Part shown: one piece after another, positions 10,325-19,735 of the stretch
Position numbering within the stretch: the first letter of the stretch is position 1
Layout of the letters: the number at the start of each line of letters is the position of its first letter
DNA from: an uncultured Chloroflexia bacterium
GTDB taxonomy: Bacteria > Chloroflexota > Limnocylindria > Limnocylindrales > CSP1-4
Direction: 5' to 3'
DNA: 64,000 nt
Assembly: GCA_963835945.1 (NCBI GenBank)
Contig: CAWIHR010000054.1
Location: forward strand, 8,727 to 72,726
The notes under the pieces: generated by a model
The model's input: the letters and a program-made list of their open reading frames with translations, nothing else
Told to the model about the DNA's origin: nothing
The model's database searches: none
Made by a program: the position numbers and the translations under genes

Positions 10325-10720
10325 ATGAAGGCGTTCGTGGTCGCGGCCGAGGACCGGCCGGGCGAGCTGGCCCGGATCGGCGAGGCGATGGGGAAGGCCG
10401 GCGTCAACATCACCGCGCTGGCGGGGCTGACCGAGGCAGGGACCGGGCTCATTGGCTTCTTGGTCAGCGACGAGGCCGGGGCCCGCGGGGCACTCCGGGA
10501 AGCCGGCATCGAGGCCCGCGAGCTCGAGGTGCTCCGGATCGCCTTGGCCGACGTGCCCGGCGCGCTGGCCGCCGCGGCCCGCAAGCTCGCGGGCGCGGGG
10601 CTCAACATCGAGCTGTTCCTTCCCACTGGGGTCTCCCATGGCAAGGGAACTGGTGTGCTGGCCGTGAGCGATGCGCGCAAGGCGCGCGCGTTGCTGGGCG
10701 ACCTCGTGGTGGCGGACTGA
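10325..10720 (+). CDS. Tandem ACT-domain protein
   Basis: EDRPGELA...GVNI and ADVPGALA...GLNI. RBS GGAGGAGG. Confidence 0.85.
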   Translation: MKAFVVAAEDRPGELARIGEAMGKAGVNITALAGLTEAGTGLIGFLVSDEAGARGALREAGIEARELEVLRIALADVPGALAAAARKLAGAGLNIELFLPTGVSHGKGTGVLAVSDARKARALLGDLVVAD

Positions 10721-10770
10721 GCGCGGCGTCCCGCACGCGACACTCCACGTGTCGAACGCTGGACCGTGGC

Positions 10771-11163
10771 ATGGACCTTTTCGAGCACTGCCACGACGCG
10801 ATGCTGCCCGGCGACGCGGTCATGGCGGTGCGTGCCACGGAGTGGTCGGACCGGGCGGCGCACGGCCGGGTGCTGCGCCGCTGGCGCGCCTGCGCCGACA
10901 CGCTGGTCGTGCGCTGGGAGGCCGCACCGCCCTCCCTGCGCGAGGCCGTCCTGGCGCGCACGGAGTTGCGCCACGAGGGCCGCTGCCCGGAGCCCTTCGG
11001 GTGGGGTGATCGGGTACGGGTGGCGGCGTCCGCGGCGGCGCTGGCACGCGGGACCACCGGGCGCGTGGTGGCCATCAACGCCGAGGGCTGGCTGGCCGTG
11101 GTGCCCGACGGGACCATCGACACGATCGCGCACGTGCGACGGGCAGACCTCGAGCGGGTGTGA
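10771..11163 (+). CDS. Hypothetical protein, possibly two small beta-barrel modules
   Basis: 130-aa ORF with repeated GDxVxV...GRV segments. Confidence 0.55.
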   Translation: MDLFEHCHDAMLPGDAVMAVRATEWSDRAAHGRVLRRWRACADTLVVRWEAAPPSLREAVLARTELRHEGRCPEPFGWGDRVRVAASAAALARGTTGRVVAINAEGWLAVVPDGTIDTIAHVRRADLERV

Positions 11164-11404
11164 GGGGCGGTTCTAGGTCTAGGTCGGCAGGTCCCCGAAC
11201 TCCCCGTCCGCCAGGCCCTTCGGGGCGGGCCGTTTCGGGGGTGGAGGAGGTGGCGGCGTCGACCTGACACGGGAGGGCGGCGTGACGGGACCCTTCCGGT
11301 GGGGAAGCGGCGGCTGTCGCGGGGACGGCGAGGTCTTGCGCGTGCCGGCCCGAACATTCGACGCTGCGCCGCCGAAGCCCGACGCCTCGATCGGGACCGT
11401 CTCC

Positions 11405-11941
11405 TTAGGCACCGAACAGCACCCTGGCCGGGGCGGTCTCGACGCGGTACATCTGGCGCAGGTAGGCCAGCCCTGCGGCTTGGTCCTCCGCGCTGATCGC
11501 CTCGACCGCGTCCTCGGGCACGAGCAACCGGTAGCCGCGGAAGAAGGCGTCGGCGCTCGTGTGGCGGAGGCAGATGTTGGTGTGCTGGCCGGTGAGGACG
11601 AGCGTGTCGACCCCGAACTGACGGAGCAAGGGATCGAGCCCGGTTTCATAGAAACTCGAGTAGCTCCGCTTGGGCAGGATGAAGTCGCCCGGCGCGGCCG
11701 CCAAGGCCGGGATGATCTCCGCTCCGGGCGTGCCGGCCATGGCGTGCTCGCCCCACACCGCGAGCTCGAAGTCGCTCGGCAGGTGCGCGTCGTTGGCGTA
11801 CACCACGAGCCAGTCGGAACGGTTCGCCCGAGCTTGGGCGAGGAGCGCCGCGATGGGAGGGATGATGTGTTCGGCGCGCGGGTTCGCGATCTTGCCGGTG
11901 AGAAAGTCGTTGAGCATGTCGATGACGACGAGTGCCTGCAT
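11405..11941 (-). CDS. Isochorismatase/nicotinamidase-family cysteine hydrolase
   Basis: ALVVIDMLNDF, DAH, KRSYSSF and GQHTNICLRHT. Confidence 0.92.
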   Translation of the reverse strand: MQALVVIDMLNDFLTGKIANPRAEHIIPPIAALLAQARANRSDWLVVYANDAHLPSDFELAVWGEHAMAGTPGAEIIPALAAAPGDFILPKRSYSSFYETGLDPLLRQFGVDTLVLTGQHTNICLRHTSADAFFRGYRLLVPEDAVEAISAEDQAAGLAYLRQMYRVETAPARVLFGA

Positions 11942-12145
11942 GGCCCGCTCCTCTTGAGAGTTCCACGCTACCTCGCGGCAGCGCTGGGGTCGAGCTGATT
12001 GTTCCCACTTGATCCGGCGGGTGGCACGACGGTCACGCGACAGATCGAGCGAGGGAGCAGGCTGCAGATGCCCTCGGTTCGGCGCGGCCCGGGCGCCCAC
12101 CCGCACCGGTGCAGCACAATTCGAGGGTGGTGGTGGGCCCCGTGT

Positions 12146-12739
12146 TCAGGCCTGCCGGGTCGCCACCTCGAGGGCGGCCAGCACGTCGGCCGTGGAGCGC
12201 ACCCGACCGATGCGCGGGAAGATGAGGCGCACCGTGTGCGCATGCTCGCCGGCGTCCCGGGCGGTCATGGCATCCTCTACGAACACCTGCTGGTAGCCGC
12301 GCTCGTAGGCGTCACGGGCCGTGCTCTCCACGCCGATGTTGGTCGAGATGCCGGCGAGGAGGATGGTGTCGATGCCGCGGCGACGAAGCTGCAGGTCGAG
12401 CTCGGTGCCGTAGAAGGCGCCCCACTGGCGCTTGCCGATGAGGAGGTCACCCGGCTCGGGGCCGAGCTCGGGGACGATCTCGGTCCAGTCGGGGGGATGG
12501 GCCCCGGGCTGCCAGGCCGGCGTGTCGACCTGGGGGTGCAGCGCATCTTTGCCGTCCGCCGACTGCGTGCGATGGACCAGGACCACGGTGCCCCCGGCGG
12601 CCCGGAGCGCGACGGCCAGCGCCGCCGTATGCGCCGCCACGTCGCTGGCAGAGTGGGGGGCCGCCGGCACCTGCGCGATGCCCCGCTGCAGGTCGATCAC
12701 CACGAGCGCCGTTCGCGCGGGAATGAGCGTCAGGTCCAT
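12146..12739 (-). CDS. Isochorismatase-family hydrolase (YecD-like)
   Basis: ALVVIDLQ, KRQWGAFYGT and GISTNIGVESTAR. Confidence 0.92.
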   Translation of the reverse strand: MDLTLIPARTALVVIDLQRGIAQVPAAPHSASDVAAHTAALAVALRAAGGTVVLVHRTQSADGKDALHPQVDTPAWQPGAHPPDWTEIVPELGPEPGDLLIGKRQWGAFYGTELDLQLRRRGIDTILLAGISTNIGVESTARDAYERGYQQVFVEDAMTARDAGEHAHTVRLIFPRIGRVRSTADVLAALEVATRQA

Positions 12740-12889
12740 CTCGACCCTCCTCCGTTTCACTGTTGCTCGATAATCCGCACCCAGCACCAACTGCTCGGGG
12801 TGCCGCGCCTGCGCGAGGGACGCAGGGGCTGGCCTCCGGCCGCCGATGACCCTGGTGATGGGGTCTGGGCCCGCCGCGGCCATCCCGCG

Positions 12890-13183
12890 TCAGCCGCCAC
12901 GGCGATTGGCGGGGACGCGGGCGATCGGGGGCAGGTCAATGACACGCACCCCGGAGTTCGCGAGAGCCTCCGCGTGCTCGGGACATAGCCGTAGGACTCC
13001 TGCCAGCGCGCCCTCCACGCGGACCTCCCGGGCTGGCTCACCGCAGGCGTGGCCCGCCACCCGCTGCTCGCAGCCGAGCTCCTCGGGCGCCGCACGACTG
13101 ACCTGATAGCCGGCGGCCAGCACCAGGGCGAGGTGCCGTCGGCAGAGCAGGATCAGCCGGTTCCTGCGGCCCCCGGCCGCCAT
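12890..13183 (-). CDS. Hypothetical Cys/His-containing protein
   Basis: LCRRH...C...C...LCPEH pattern in a 97-aa ORF. Confidence 0.45.
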   Translation of the reverse strand: MAAGGRRNRLILLCRRHLALVLAAGYQVSRAAPEELGCEQRVAGHACGEPAREVRVEGALAGVLRLCPEHAEALANSGVRVIDLPPIARVPANRRGG

Positions 13184-13385
13184 GCCTGTGACGCGATACG
13201 GGCGCGCGGGCCACGCGCAGACCACGTGGCCACGGGCTGATACCAGGGGGTACTGGCACGCCGGCAGCCCCGGGCGGTCAGGCTGCGGCGCCCGAGCCAC
13301 CCGCCACGGGGCCCGTGAGCGGCGCGGGCGTGCCGACGAAGCATCGCCCGTCGCGCCCCTGGTCACGGCAGACCCAGGCCGAGCG

Positions 13386-13514
13386 TCAGCGCTTCTTGCC
13401 TCGGTGTGTCGCAGGCCGCACGTCCGGCGCCACCACGGTCGGGGCGACCGTCGATGCCTGCGCCGTCTTCTCCTTCTTGGATTTCTTGTCTTTCTTGGCC
13501 TTCTTCTTGGCCAT
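13386..13514 (-). CDS. 42-aa lysine-rich basic peptide
   Basis: MAKKKAKKDKKSKKEKTAQASTVAPTVVAPDVRPATHRGKKR, with GAGGGGAG RBS. Confidence 0.6.
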   Translation of the reverse strand: MAKKKAKKDKKSKKEKTAQASTVAPTVVAPDVRPATHRGKKR

Positions 13515-13766
13515 CGCACACTCCCCTCAAAGATCGCGCAGGTCTGCCACGCGTCAGGACATCAGTCTAGATGCGGTCCGTGAACGGCAGCGGTGTACTG
13601 CTGCCGGGACCGCTGCCCGCGAACTGCGCCTCGTGCCCGGACCGAGACGGCCGGCCGCCTGACCGACCGCCCGCAGGGGAATACCACTCACGGCGAGCGG
13701 GCGGACTCCCCCGATTGGAGTAGGGATCGCCTCGGGCGTCGAGCCCCCGCTCGCTCCCAGGGAACC

Positions 13767-14060
13767 TCAGGCGGGGAGGTCCCAGGTCGCCACCCGATCA
13801 ACGATGGCCTGATGGAGGAGCGTCTCGAGTTCCTCGACGAAGGCGCCGTGCTCTTCGCTCAGCGGGTGCCGGACCAGCCCCTCCAGCAGACCCCGCAGGA
13901 CACGATCAAGGTCGCGCTGGAGCCTCGCGGGCACAGCACCGTGTTCCGCACGCTGCCCGCTCTTGACGACGCCTTCGAGGAGCCCGGTGTAGCGATCCTC
14001 AAGGATCATGCGAGGCAGCCGCGTGGGCGACATCGGCCCGCGGGTCTCGGTATCCATCAT
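13767..14060 (-). CDS. Hypothetical helical protein
   Basis: ORF preceded by AAAGGAG, with protein-like composition. Confidence 0.5.
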   Translation of the reverse strand: MMDTETRGPMSPTRLPRMILEDRYTGLLEGVVKSGQRAEHGAVPARLQRDLDRVLRGLLEGLVRHPLSEEHGAFVEELETLLHQAIVDRVATWDLPA

Positions 14061-14198
14061 GGGAGTCGCTCCTTTCACCGGTGCGCGAAGCGCGATCCGT
14101 GGGCCGTGCTGCACCGCCGGTCAGGCCCACGGCCCGCACGGCCCAGCCCCTGAGCCTCGGCGGGGTGGTGCGGGCTTTCCGACGTGGGCGGGCGACGA

Positions 14199-14441
14199 CT
14201 ACGGCCCGACCTCGAACCAGACGTCCGGCACCGCGTTTGGCGGCAGGCGCCGCTGGATGCGGTGCCGGAAGATGCGCCCGAGCGCCTGCTCCAGGTCGTC
14301 AACGTCGGCGGCGAGGGAGATGGCGTGGACGACCGCTGCCCGCCGCCGTGCGCTGAGCACTCCCCAGGAGAGCAGGTGGAGGCGCCGTCCGCCCGACCAA
14401 ACGAAGACGGTCTCGAGGCGCCCGGGAGCGGCGGCAAGCAT
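14199..14441 (-). CDS. Hypothetical protein (80 aa)
   Basis: Starts 12 nt downstream of TM peptide copy 2, on the same strand. Confidence 0.45.
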   Translation of the reverse strand: MLAAAPGRLETVFVWSGGRRLHLLSWGVLSARRRAAVVHAISLAADVDDLEQALGRIFRHRIQRRLPPNAVPDVWFEVGP

Positions 14442-14453
14442 CAGTCGGCAGCC

Positions 14454-14549
14454 TCAGCGCCGGTGCCAGACGCGCCGGATCGAGACGACGACCTGCAGCA
14501 GCACGACGGCCAGGACGAGGCTCACCAGGAGCATGAACCCAGTGTCCAT
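14454..14549 (-). CDS. 31-aa single-TM peptide, copy 2 (MDTGFMLLVSLVLAVVLLQVVVSIRRVWHRR)
   Basis: GAAGGAGG RBS. Similar to 9433-9534. Confidence 0.65.
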   Translation of the reverse strand: MDTGFMLLVSLVLAVVLLQVVVSIRRVWHRR

Positions 14550-15083
14550 GGCAGCGCCTCCTTCGAAGCTGCTGCAAGCATGGCTGGTGCGGCGGGCGCT
14601 GCCTAGTGCCGCTCGCCCCCTACCCCGGCCCGTGGTGACCCGCAACCGCAGGCTGGGTCTCCGGTCCGTGCTGCCGTCACAGGTTAGCACGTCGGCACGG
14701 GCGCGAGGACGGCGCTGGTCGCAGCATCGACACCAGGCACCCATGGTGTCGGGGCATACGCGTGAGATCGGGTGTCGGTCCGCCATTGCGGGGCCGGGCG
14801 CTCATCTAGGTCGATGGGTGCTCGCGGTCCGTCCCGTTCGGCGAGGGGTCCCCCGAGGAACCCACCAGCAAGGCGCCATACACCCTAGCCAACTCGCCGA
14901 CGCTCCCTGTTCGGCCACCTCCCTCGGCCCGAACCGCATCCGCTAGCTGTCGTCTGGCGACAAGGGTGACGCCACTCGCTTCCTCGTCCTCCATCCGGGC
15001 GTCGATCGCGATCACGACGGCCCGCGTGCGATTCCACGCGTGAATGTGGGCCGCGCAGGGCGTCGACGGGGCGGCCGAAGCCC

Positions 15084-15150
15084 GATTGACAGCCCCGGAG
15101 ACAGCCACGTCAAACACACCGGGTGGACAAGCTGCAACCCGGTGGACGGG
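15084..15150. mobile_element. att-arm-like sequence beside the integrase 3' end
   Basis: GATTGACAGC...GGAGACAGCCACG...CCCGGTGGACGG, shared with 26088-26212. Confidence 0.5.
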
Positions 15151-15186
15151 ATCGCACCAAGGCCCCTCGCGCGCGGTTGCTTGGGC

Positions 15187-15490
15187 TCAGGCCCCAAAGA
15201 TCGCATCCATGCCAGCAGCAACCTGCTGCTGGCGCTGCTCCAGAACGTGCCCGTACGTGTTCGAGGTCAGCGTGATGGAGCTATAGCCGAGCAGGTTCTT
15301 GACGTCCTGGAGCCTGAAGCCTTGAGCGAGCAGGTAGGTCGCCGCGTTGTGGCGCAGGTCGTGGAACCGGCTGTGCGGCAGCCCGGCCCGCTCCAGCGCG
15401 CGCTGGAACGCGCGCGTCACGGTGGCTGCATCGAGCGCTGATCCGAGGCTCGTCGTGAAGACGTAGGCCGTCTCCTGCCAGCGATCGTCG
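15187..15490 (-). pseudogene. Tyrosine integrase C-terminal remnant
   Basis: YVFTT...RFHDLRHNAATYLL...LLGYSSITLTSNTYGH. Confidence 0.88.
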
Positions 15491-15632
15491 AAGATCGTCG
15501 GCGAGTAGGCGATGCGGTACTGATCGAGGGTCTTGCGTTTCGCCTCCGCGTGGACCGGCTCGGAATCGACGACGACCCCACCAAAGTCGAAGATGCACGT
15601 GCGAAAGGGGTTGGTCCCTGTCGTCGACATCG
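15491..15632 (-). pseudogene. HAD-family phosphatase N-terminal remnant
   Basis: CIFDFGGVVVDSEPVH resembles a degenerate HAD motif I (FDxDG..xDSE). Confidence 0.65.
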
Positions 15633-15833
15633 CCTGGAGACTAGCGGCCGTTCGCCCGTTCATCCGTCCTTTGGGCACCCGTTCGGCGCCAACACCACAG
15701 CGAGATGGTGTCGGTCCGTCGAACGGCCCCGCCTGCTGCCTTCATGACCGCGCGCAGCGGGCGCAACACGGGCGCCTCGGCTCTTGCGCGCTTGGTCGTC
15801 CAACGCGAGAGTGGACGCCGAGGCAGGGGCGAC

Positions 15834-16049
15834 ATGAAGCTCTGGATCACGACCCGTGACGACGATCTGACGTTCCTGGCCCGCCACGTGCGCTGCTTGA
15901 GCACCGGGCCGCTTCAGCAGTGCGCCTGCGGGTGGGCCGGGATCGACTGGTGCCAGCACCGGGAGGCGGCACTCGCGGGCTGGCTCGAGGCGCAGCGCCG
16001 CGCCCTGCGCGCACGGCTCCTGTCCGAGGAGGGCGTGGACCGGCCGTAG
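15834..16049 (+). CDS. Small SWIM-type zinc-finger protein
   Basis: CACGWAGIDWCQH fits CxC-Xn-CxH. RBS AGGGG. Confidence 0.55.
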   Translation: MKLWITTRDDDLTFLARHVRCLSTGPLQQCACGWAGIDWCQHREAALAGWLEAQRRALRARLLSEEGVDRP

Positions 16050-16299
16050 TCGACGCAGGCTGTCGCGCACGCCCGTCGTATGCGCACGCGCTCACGGCGC
16101 AGGGCGGCGTTCTTCTCCCACGGGTTGTCGCCCAGAAACCTCAGGCCTGGACCGGCGATGTGCCGATCGACGGTCCTGAGACGGATGCCAATCGTGAAGC
16201 CTGACCCCGGTCGGGCTCCACAGTGTCAGCAGCCCGCGCGAACCTTGCTGCGCCTCACGACGCCAGCCGATGCTCCAGCGTTGTCGCAGGTCCTCGTCT

Positions 16300-16471
16300 C
16301 GAACGCGGCATCGTACTCGTGGCGCACCTCGTCGAGATCCTCGAGGTCCCAGCCCAGCGCGCGCAGCACGGGATCGATGAGCGCGGTCTTGGTGTTCTCC
16401 TCGCCGATCGCCTGGCCGCGCTAGCGCGAAATGCGGTGCACGTTGTTGAGAGCGCTCGCCAGGTCGTCCAT
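16300..16471 (-). pseudogene. Type I restriction enzyme HsdR N-terminal-like fragment
   Basis: MDDLASAL...(stop)...IGEENTKTALIDPVLRALGWDLEDLDEVRHEY. Confidence 0.6.
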
Positions 16472-16550
16472 CGGCCCCGCACCTCCCGGGGCCAAGGGTA
16501 GGTGCGTCGGGCCGCGTGGAGGAAGTGACCTTCGTCGATCGACAGACGGT

Positions 16551-17438
16551 CTACCGACGCGGTGACGGGAAGGGGTCCGGTTCTCCCGTGATTTGGGCGA
16601 TGTCCTGACCAAATGCGGCGAGATCGAGACCCACCGGATTGAGGCCAGCGCGTCCGAACCACTGAGGCGTCGCGGCCCACCAGCATTCATCGAGACGCGG
16701 GCCCTGACCAGTGATGTTCTGATCCCACCAGGCCCAGGTCGCCCACTGGGAGGTACCCCAGGTGCCAAGCAGGACGCCGCCGCTGGTCGCGTTGAGCACC
16801 TGTGCACGCCCCTTCAGCGGACCAGCCTGGGTGTAGCCACCGACGACGACGGAATGGCCCCCGAGGATCGCACCTGGATCGGTCGCCGCGTCCCACACCT
16901 GGCCGGCGCTGAACTGGTCTTCGTCGGATTGGGTGACGGTGAAACCGATGTCCAGGATGCCGCCGAGTTGGAACGCCGCCAGCACCTCGGCGTGTTTGGT
17001 TTCGTCCACCCGCGCGAAGCCGAGGATCTTGCTCACGCCGGAGGGCGTCTGGAGGCCCGTCTTGCGCCAGGTCGTCAGGACGGTCTCGACCACTGCGCCG
17101 CGGTCGTTCGCCCCGGTGGTCGGGTTGTAGCCGCTGACGAGGGAGTAGAACGCCACAATCTCGTCAGTGGTCGGCCGAACCATCGTCCCGCTGCCGGCCA
17201 GGGAGTCGGCTTCGAGGGCGTGCCCGATCGCGGCACAGGTGCAATCGCCAACCGTGTCGTTCCCGAACATCTCGCCACCGCCGGCCGCAAGCACCGGGGC
17301 ATAGATGTCGAGCGCCGCCGGAAGCGGCGGAAGCTGGTTGGCCCTCAGGTATTTCGCCAGCAGCAGCGAGCGGCCCTCGCCGTACTTGGTCAGGGGCGGC
17401 AGCTTGCCGTAACGATGGGGAAGCGCAGCGAGCATCAC
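16551..17438 (-). CDS. Papain-like cysteine peptidase-fold hypothetical protein
   Basis: GNDTVGDCTCAA (Cys), GGHSVVVGGY (His), and TWG...TWAWW. Confidence 0.65.
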   Translation of the reverse strand: MMLAALPHRYGKLPPLTKYGEGRSLLLAKYLRANQLPPLPAALDIYAPVLAAGGGEMFGNDTVGDCTCAAIGHALEADSLAGSGTMVRPTTDEIVAFYSLVSGYNPTTGANDRGAVVETVLTTWRKTGLQTPSGVSKILGFARVDETKHAEVLAAFQLGGILDIGFTVTQSDEDQFSAGQVWDAATDPGAILGGHSVVVGGYTQAGPLKGRAQVLNATSGGVLLGTWGTSQWATWAWWDQNITGQGPRLDECWWAATPQWFGRAGLNPVGLDLAAFGQDIAQITGEPDPFPSPRR

Positions 17439-17632
17439 TCATACCTCGCGATGACAGGGGCGAGAGCAAGAGTAGGGCGCAGACGCCCAAAATCCAGGGA
17501 AACGTTGCTGCGTCGTTGTGGCGCTCGGGGACCTCCGCGCCTGTTAGCCGCGCCCTTCACGCGTCGACGTACCTTACGTTTGCCATTCGTGCAGACGCAC
17601 ACCATCACCACGTCGTGTTCATTGGCGGGGGG

Positions 17633-18757
17633 TCAGCCCCCGGTGTTTCGCCGATCGCGGGCAGCGCTGACGGCGTGGGCCTTGAGCTGCTGGAGGATCG
17701 CAGCGCCGAGTCGGCTGGTGAGCGAGGCGGCGAACGTGGCGGTGAGATGCCCACCGTCGCGATACACGAGCAGCGTGCCGATCACCGGCGGGCACGGGCT
17801 GGAGGGACAGACCCAGGCGGTGGGATCGATGAAGCTGACCCCGGTCTGCGCGACGACCGCGCGGTCGGCAGCGAGGAAGGTCGCGTTGATCGCAACGCGC
17901 TCGGGCATGCTGCAGGCGAGGATGCTTTGGGGATGGGCCGAGAGGCAGACCGGCGGGTCCACGTCCGAGGCCGGCGTGTCGGCGAGGAAGATCACCACGC
18001 CGGCGGCGGGAATGAGCTTGGCCAAGGTGCGCACCATGCCGGCCTCCCAGGCCGCCACGAGCTCCGCACCGCTGAGGAGGTGTCCGACAGCATCGACCGG
18101 GGGTTCGATCCCGTGGGCGCTCGTCACCACGATGACCGCCGGGTGCATCTTCACCAGCTGCGCGATCGCCTGCGCCCGCCATGTGGTGCACTCGGTGTAG
18201 ATCCGCTTGAAGATCGTGCTGTAGACGACGAGGTCGGCCGGCGTGCACGAGGACATCGTCAGGCTGAGCATGCGCCAGCCCTGGCGTGCGGCGAAGCCCT
18301 CCACGGCGGGGAACCAGGAGAGCGCGTGGCTGTCCCCATAGAGCGCGATCGTCGTCTTCGAAGCGAGGTTTGCGTACAGGCAGGTCGCCCGCGAGGCGTG
18401 GCCCCCTTCCTGCACGTGGCAGCCGTCGAGGTACGACTCGGGTAAGTCCTCCGGAGCTTCGGCGAGCGAGGGTCGCAAGTCCGCCGGCACCGGACGATCC
18501 GCGGTCGGGGGCAGGCTCGGCAGCGCGACGGGCTGAAGTGTTGGAGCGAGTGAGCTCCGCGCAGGCGAGGCGGGCGCCGCCGAGGCAGGGGCGGTAGCAG
18601 AGAACGCCGGGGCGGCCGACCGGCTCGCTAGGGACGGGGTAGGCGACGCCGAGGGCGCCACGATCGAGGACGGGGAGGGCGCCACTGCCACCGCGCACCC
18701 CGCGATCGTGAGCACGGCGATCAGGCCTCGAGCGAGAAGCCGTGCGGGCTGGGTCAT
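17633..18757 (-). CDS. Stand-alone SGNH hydrolase-domain putative lipoprotein
   Basis: Signal with IAGC lipobox, Ser/Pro/Ala linker, GDSHA and DGGH motifs. Confidence 0.85.
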   Translation of the reverse strand: MTQPARLLARGLIAVLTIAGCAVAVAPSPSSIVAPSASPTPSLASRSAAPAFSATAPASAAPASPARSSLAPTLQPVALPSLPPTADRPVPADLRPSLAEAPEDLPESYLDGCHVQEGGHASRATCLYANLASKTTIALYGDSHALSWFPAVEGFAARQGWRMLSLTMSSCTPADLVVYSTIFKRIYTECTTWRAQAIAQLVKMHPAVIVVTSAHGIEPPVDAVGHLLSGAELVAAWEAGMVRTLAKLIPAAGVVIFLADTPASDVDPPVCLSAHPQSILACSMPERVAINATFLAADRAVVAQTGVSFIDPTAWVCPSSPCPPVIGTLLVYRDGGHLTATFAASLTSRLGAAILQQLKAHAVSAARDRRNTGG

Positions 18758-18940
18758 GCTGCCATCCTGGCGATCCCGGCTTGTGCGCGCAAGCCGCGTC
18801 GTGCCGTGACGTGAACGGGGGCAGTTCACCTCCAGTGGGCTGCCGGCCGCTTTGGCCCACCCGCGGACAAAGACCCGCACCATGAGAGGGATCGTGTCAG
18901 CTAAGCCTTGAGGGCGCCCGTCACTTCGGCAGGTTGGCGC

Positions 18941-19735
18941 CTAGCGACGGAGGTGCAGCGCCACCTCCCGCGCCTGCTCTTCGAGGACATCGTTGAGCGG
19001 CCCGAACGGGACCTCGCCATAGCGCTGCTGGAGCGCGAGTCGAATCAAATGGTCGGCGAGCGCCGGGTTCTTGGGGAGGACCGGACCGTGCAGGTAAGTC
19101 CCGTAGGCGTGCCGGAAGATGGCCCCTTCCGTGTGATCTTTGCCGTTGTTGCCCGCGCCCACGACGACCCGACCGAGCGGCCGAGCCCCCGCCCCGAGAT
19201 AGGTCCGCCCGCCGTGGTTCTCGAACCCGACGAGGGTCCGGCCCTCCCACTCCACGACCACGTTTCCGACCATCCGCCCGCGCCCCGCGCTCGTGATGTC
19301 CCGGATGGTGACCTTCTCCTCGGCCGCCCAGTGGATCGTCTCAGCATCGAAGATCCCGAGGCCCTCGAGATCGTCGCCACGGAAGGGACGGTAGCGGCGA
19401 CCCCACATCTGGTAGCCGGCGCAGATGAGGAGGGCGACGGTTCCCGCCTCGATGGTTTGGCGGATGGCGTCGCCCTTCGCCACCACGAGGTCCCGGGCGA
19501 TCAGGCGCTGCTGCGAATCGGCGCCCCCGCCCATGAAGAAGAGATCGACCGCGGACGGTTCGATCGGCGTGCCGACCTCGAGCGGCAGCACCTCGACGTC
19601 GATGCCCCGCCAGCGGCAGCGCTGCTGCAGACACAGCACGTTGCCCCAGTCGCCGTACTGGCTCAAGACGCTCGGGTAGAGGTAGCCGATCGTGAGCTTG
19701 ACCGTGCTTGAGGGCGAGACGCTGGAGGCGCTCAT
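18941..19735 (-). CDS. gatD: Lipid II isoglutaminyl synthase glutaminase subunit (CobQ-like)
   Basis: YGDWGN, ICAGYQ, GFENHGGRT and YLHGPVLPKNP. Start overlaps the murT stop. Confidence 0.92.
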   Translation of the reverse strand: MSASSVSPSSTVKLTIGYLYPSVLSQYGDWGNVLCLQQRCRWRGIDVEVLPLEVGTPIEPSAVDLFFMGGGADSQQRLIARDLVVAKGDAIRQTIEAGTVALLICAGYQMWGRRYRPFRGDDLEGLGIFDAETIHWAAEEKVTIRDITSAGRGRMVGNVVVEWEGRTLVGFENHGGRTYLGAGARPLGRVVVGAGNNGKDHTEGAIFRHAYGTYLHGPVLPKNPALADHLIRLALQQRYGEVPFGPLNDVLEEQAREVALHLRR

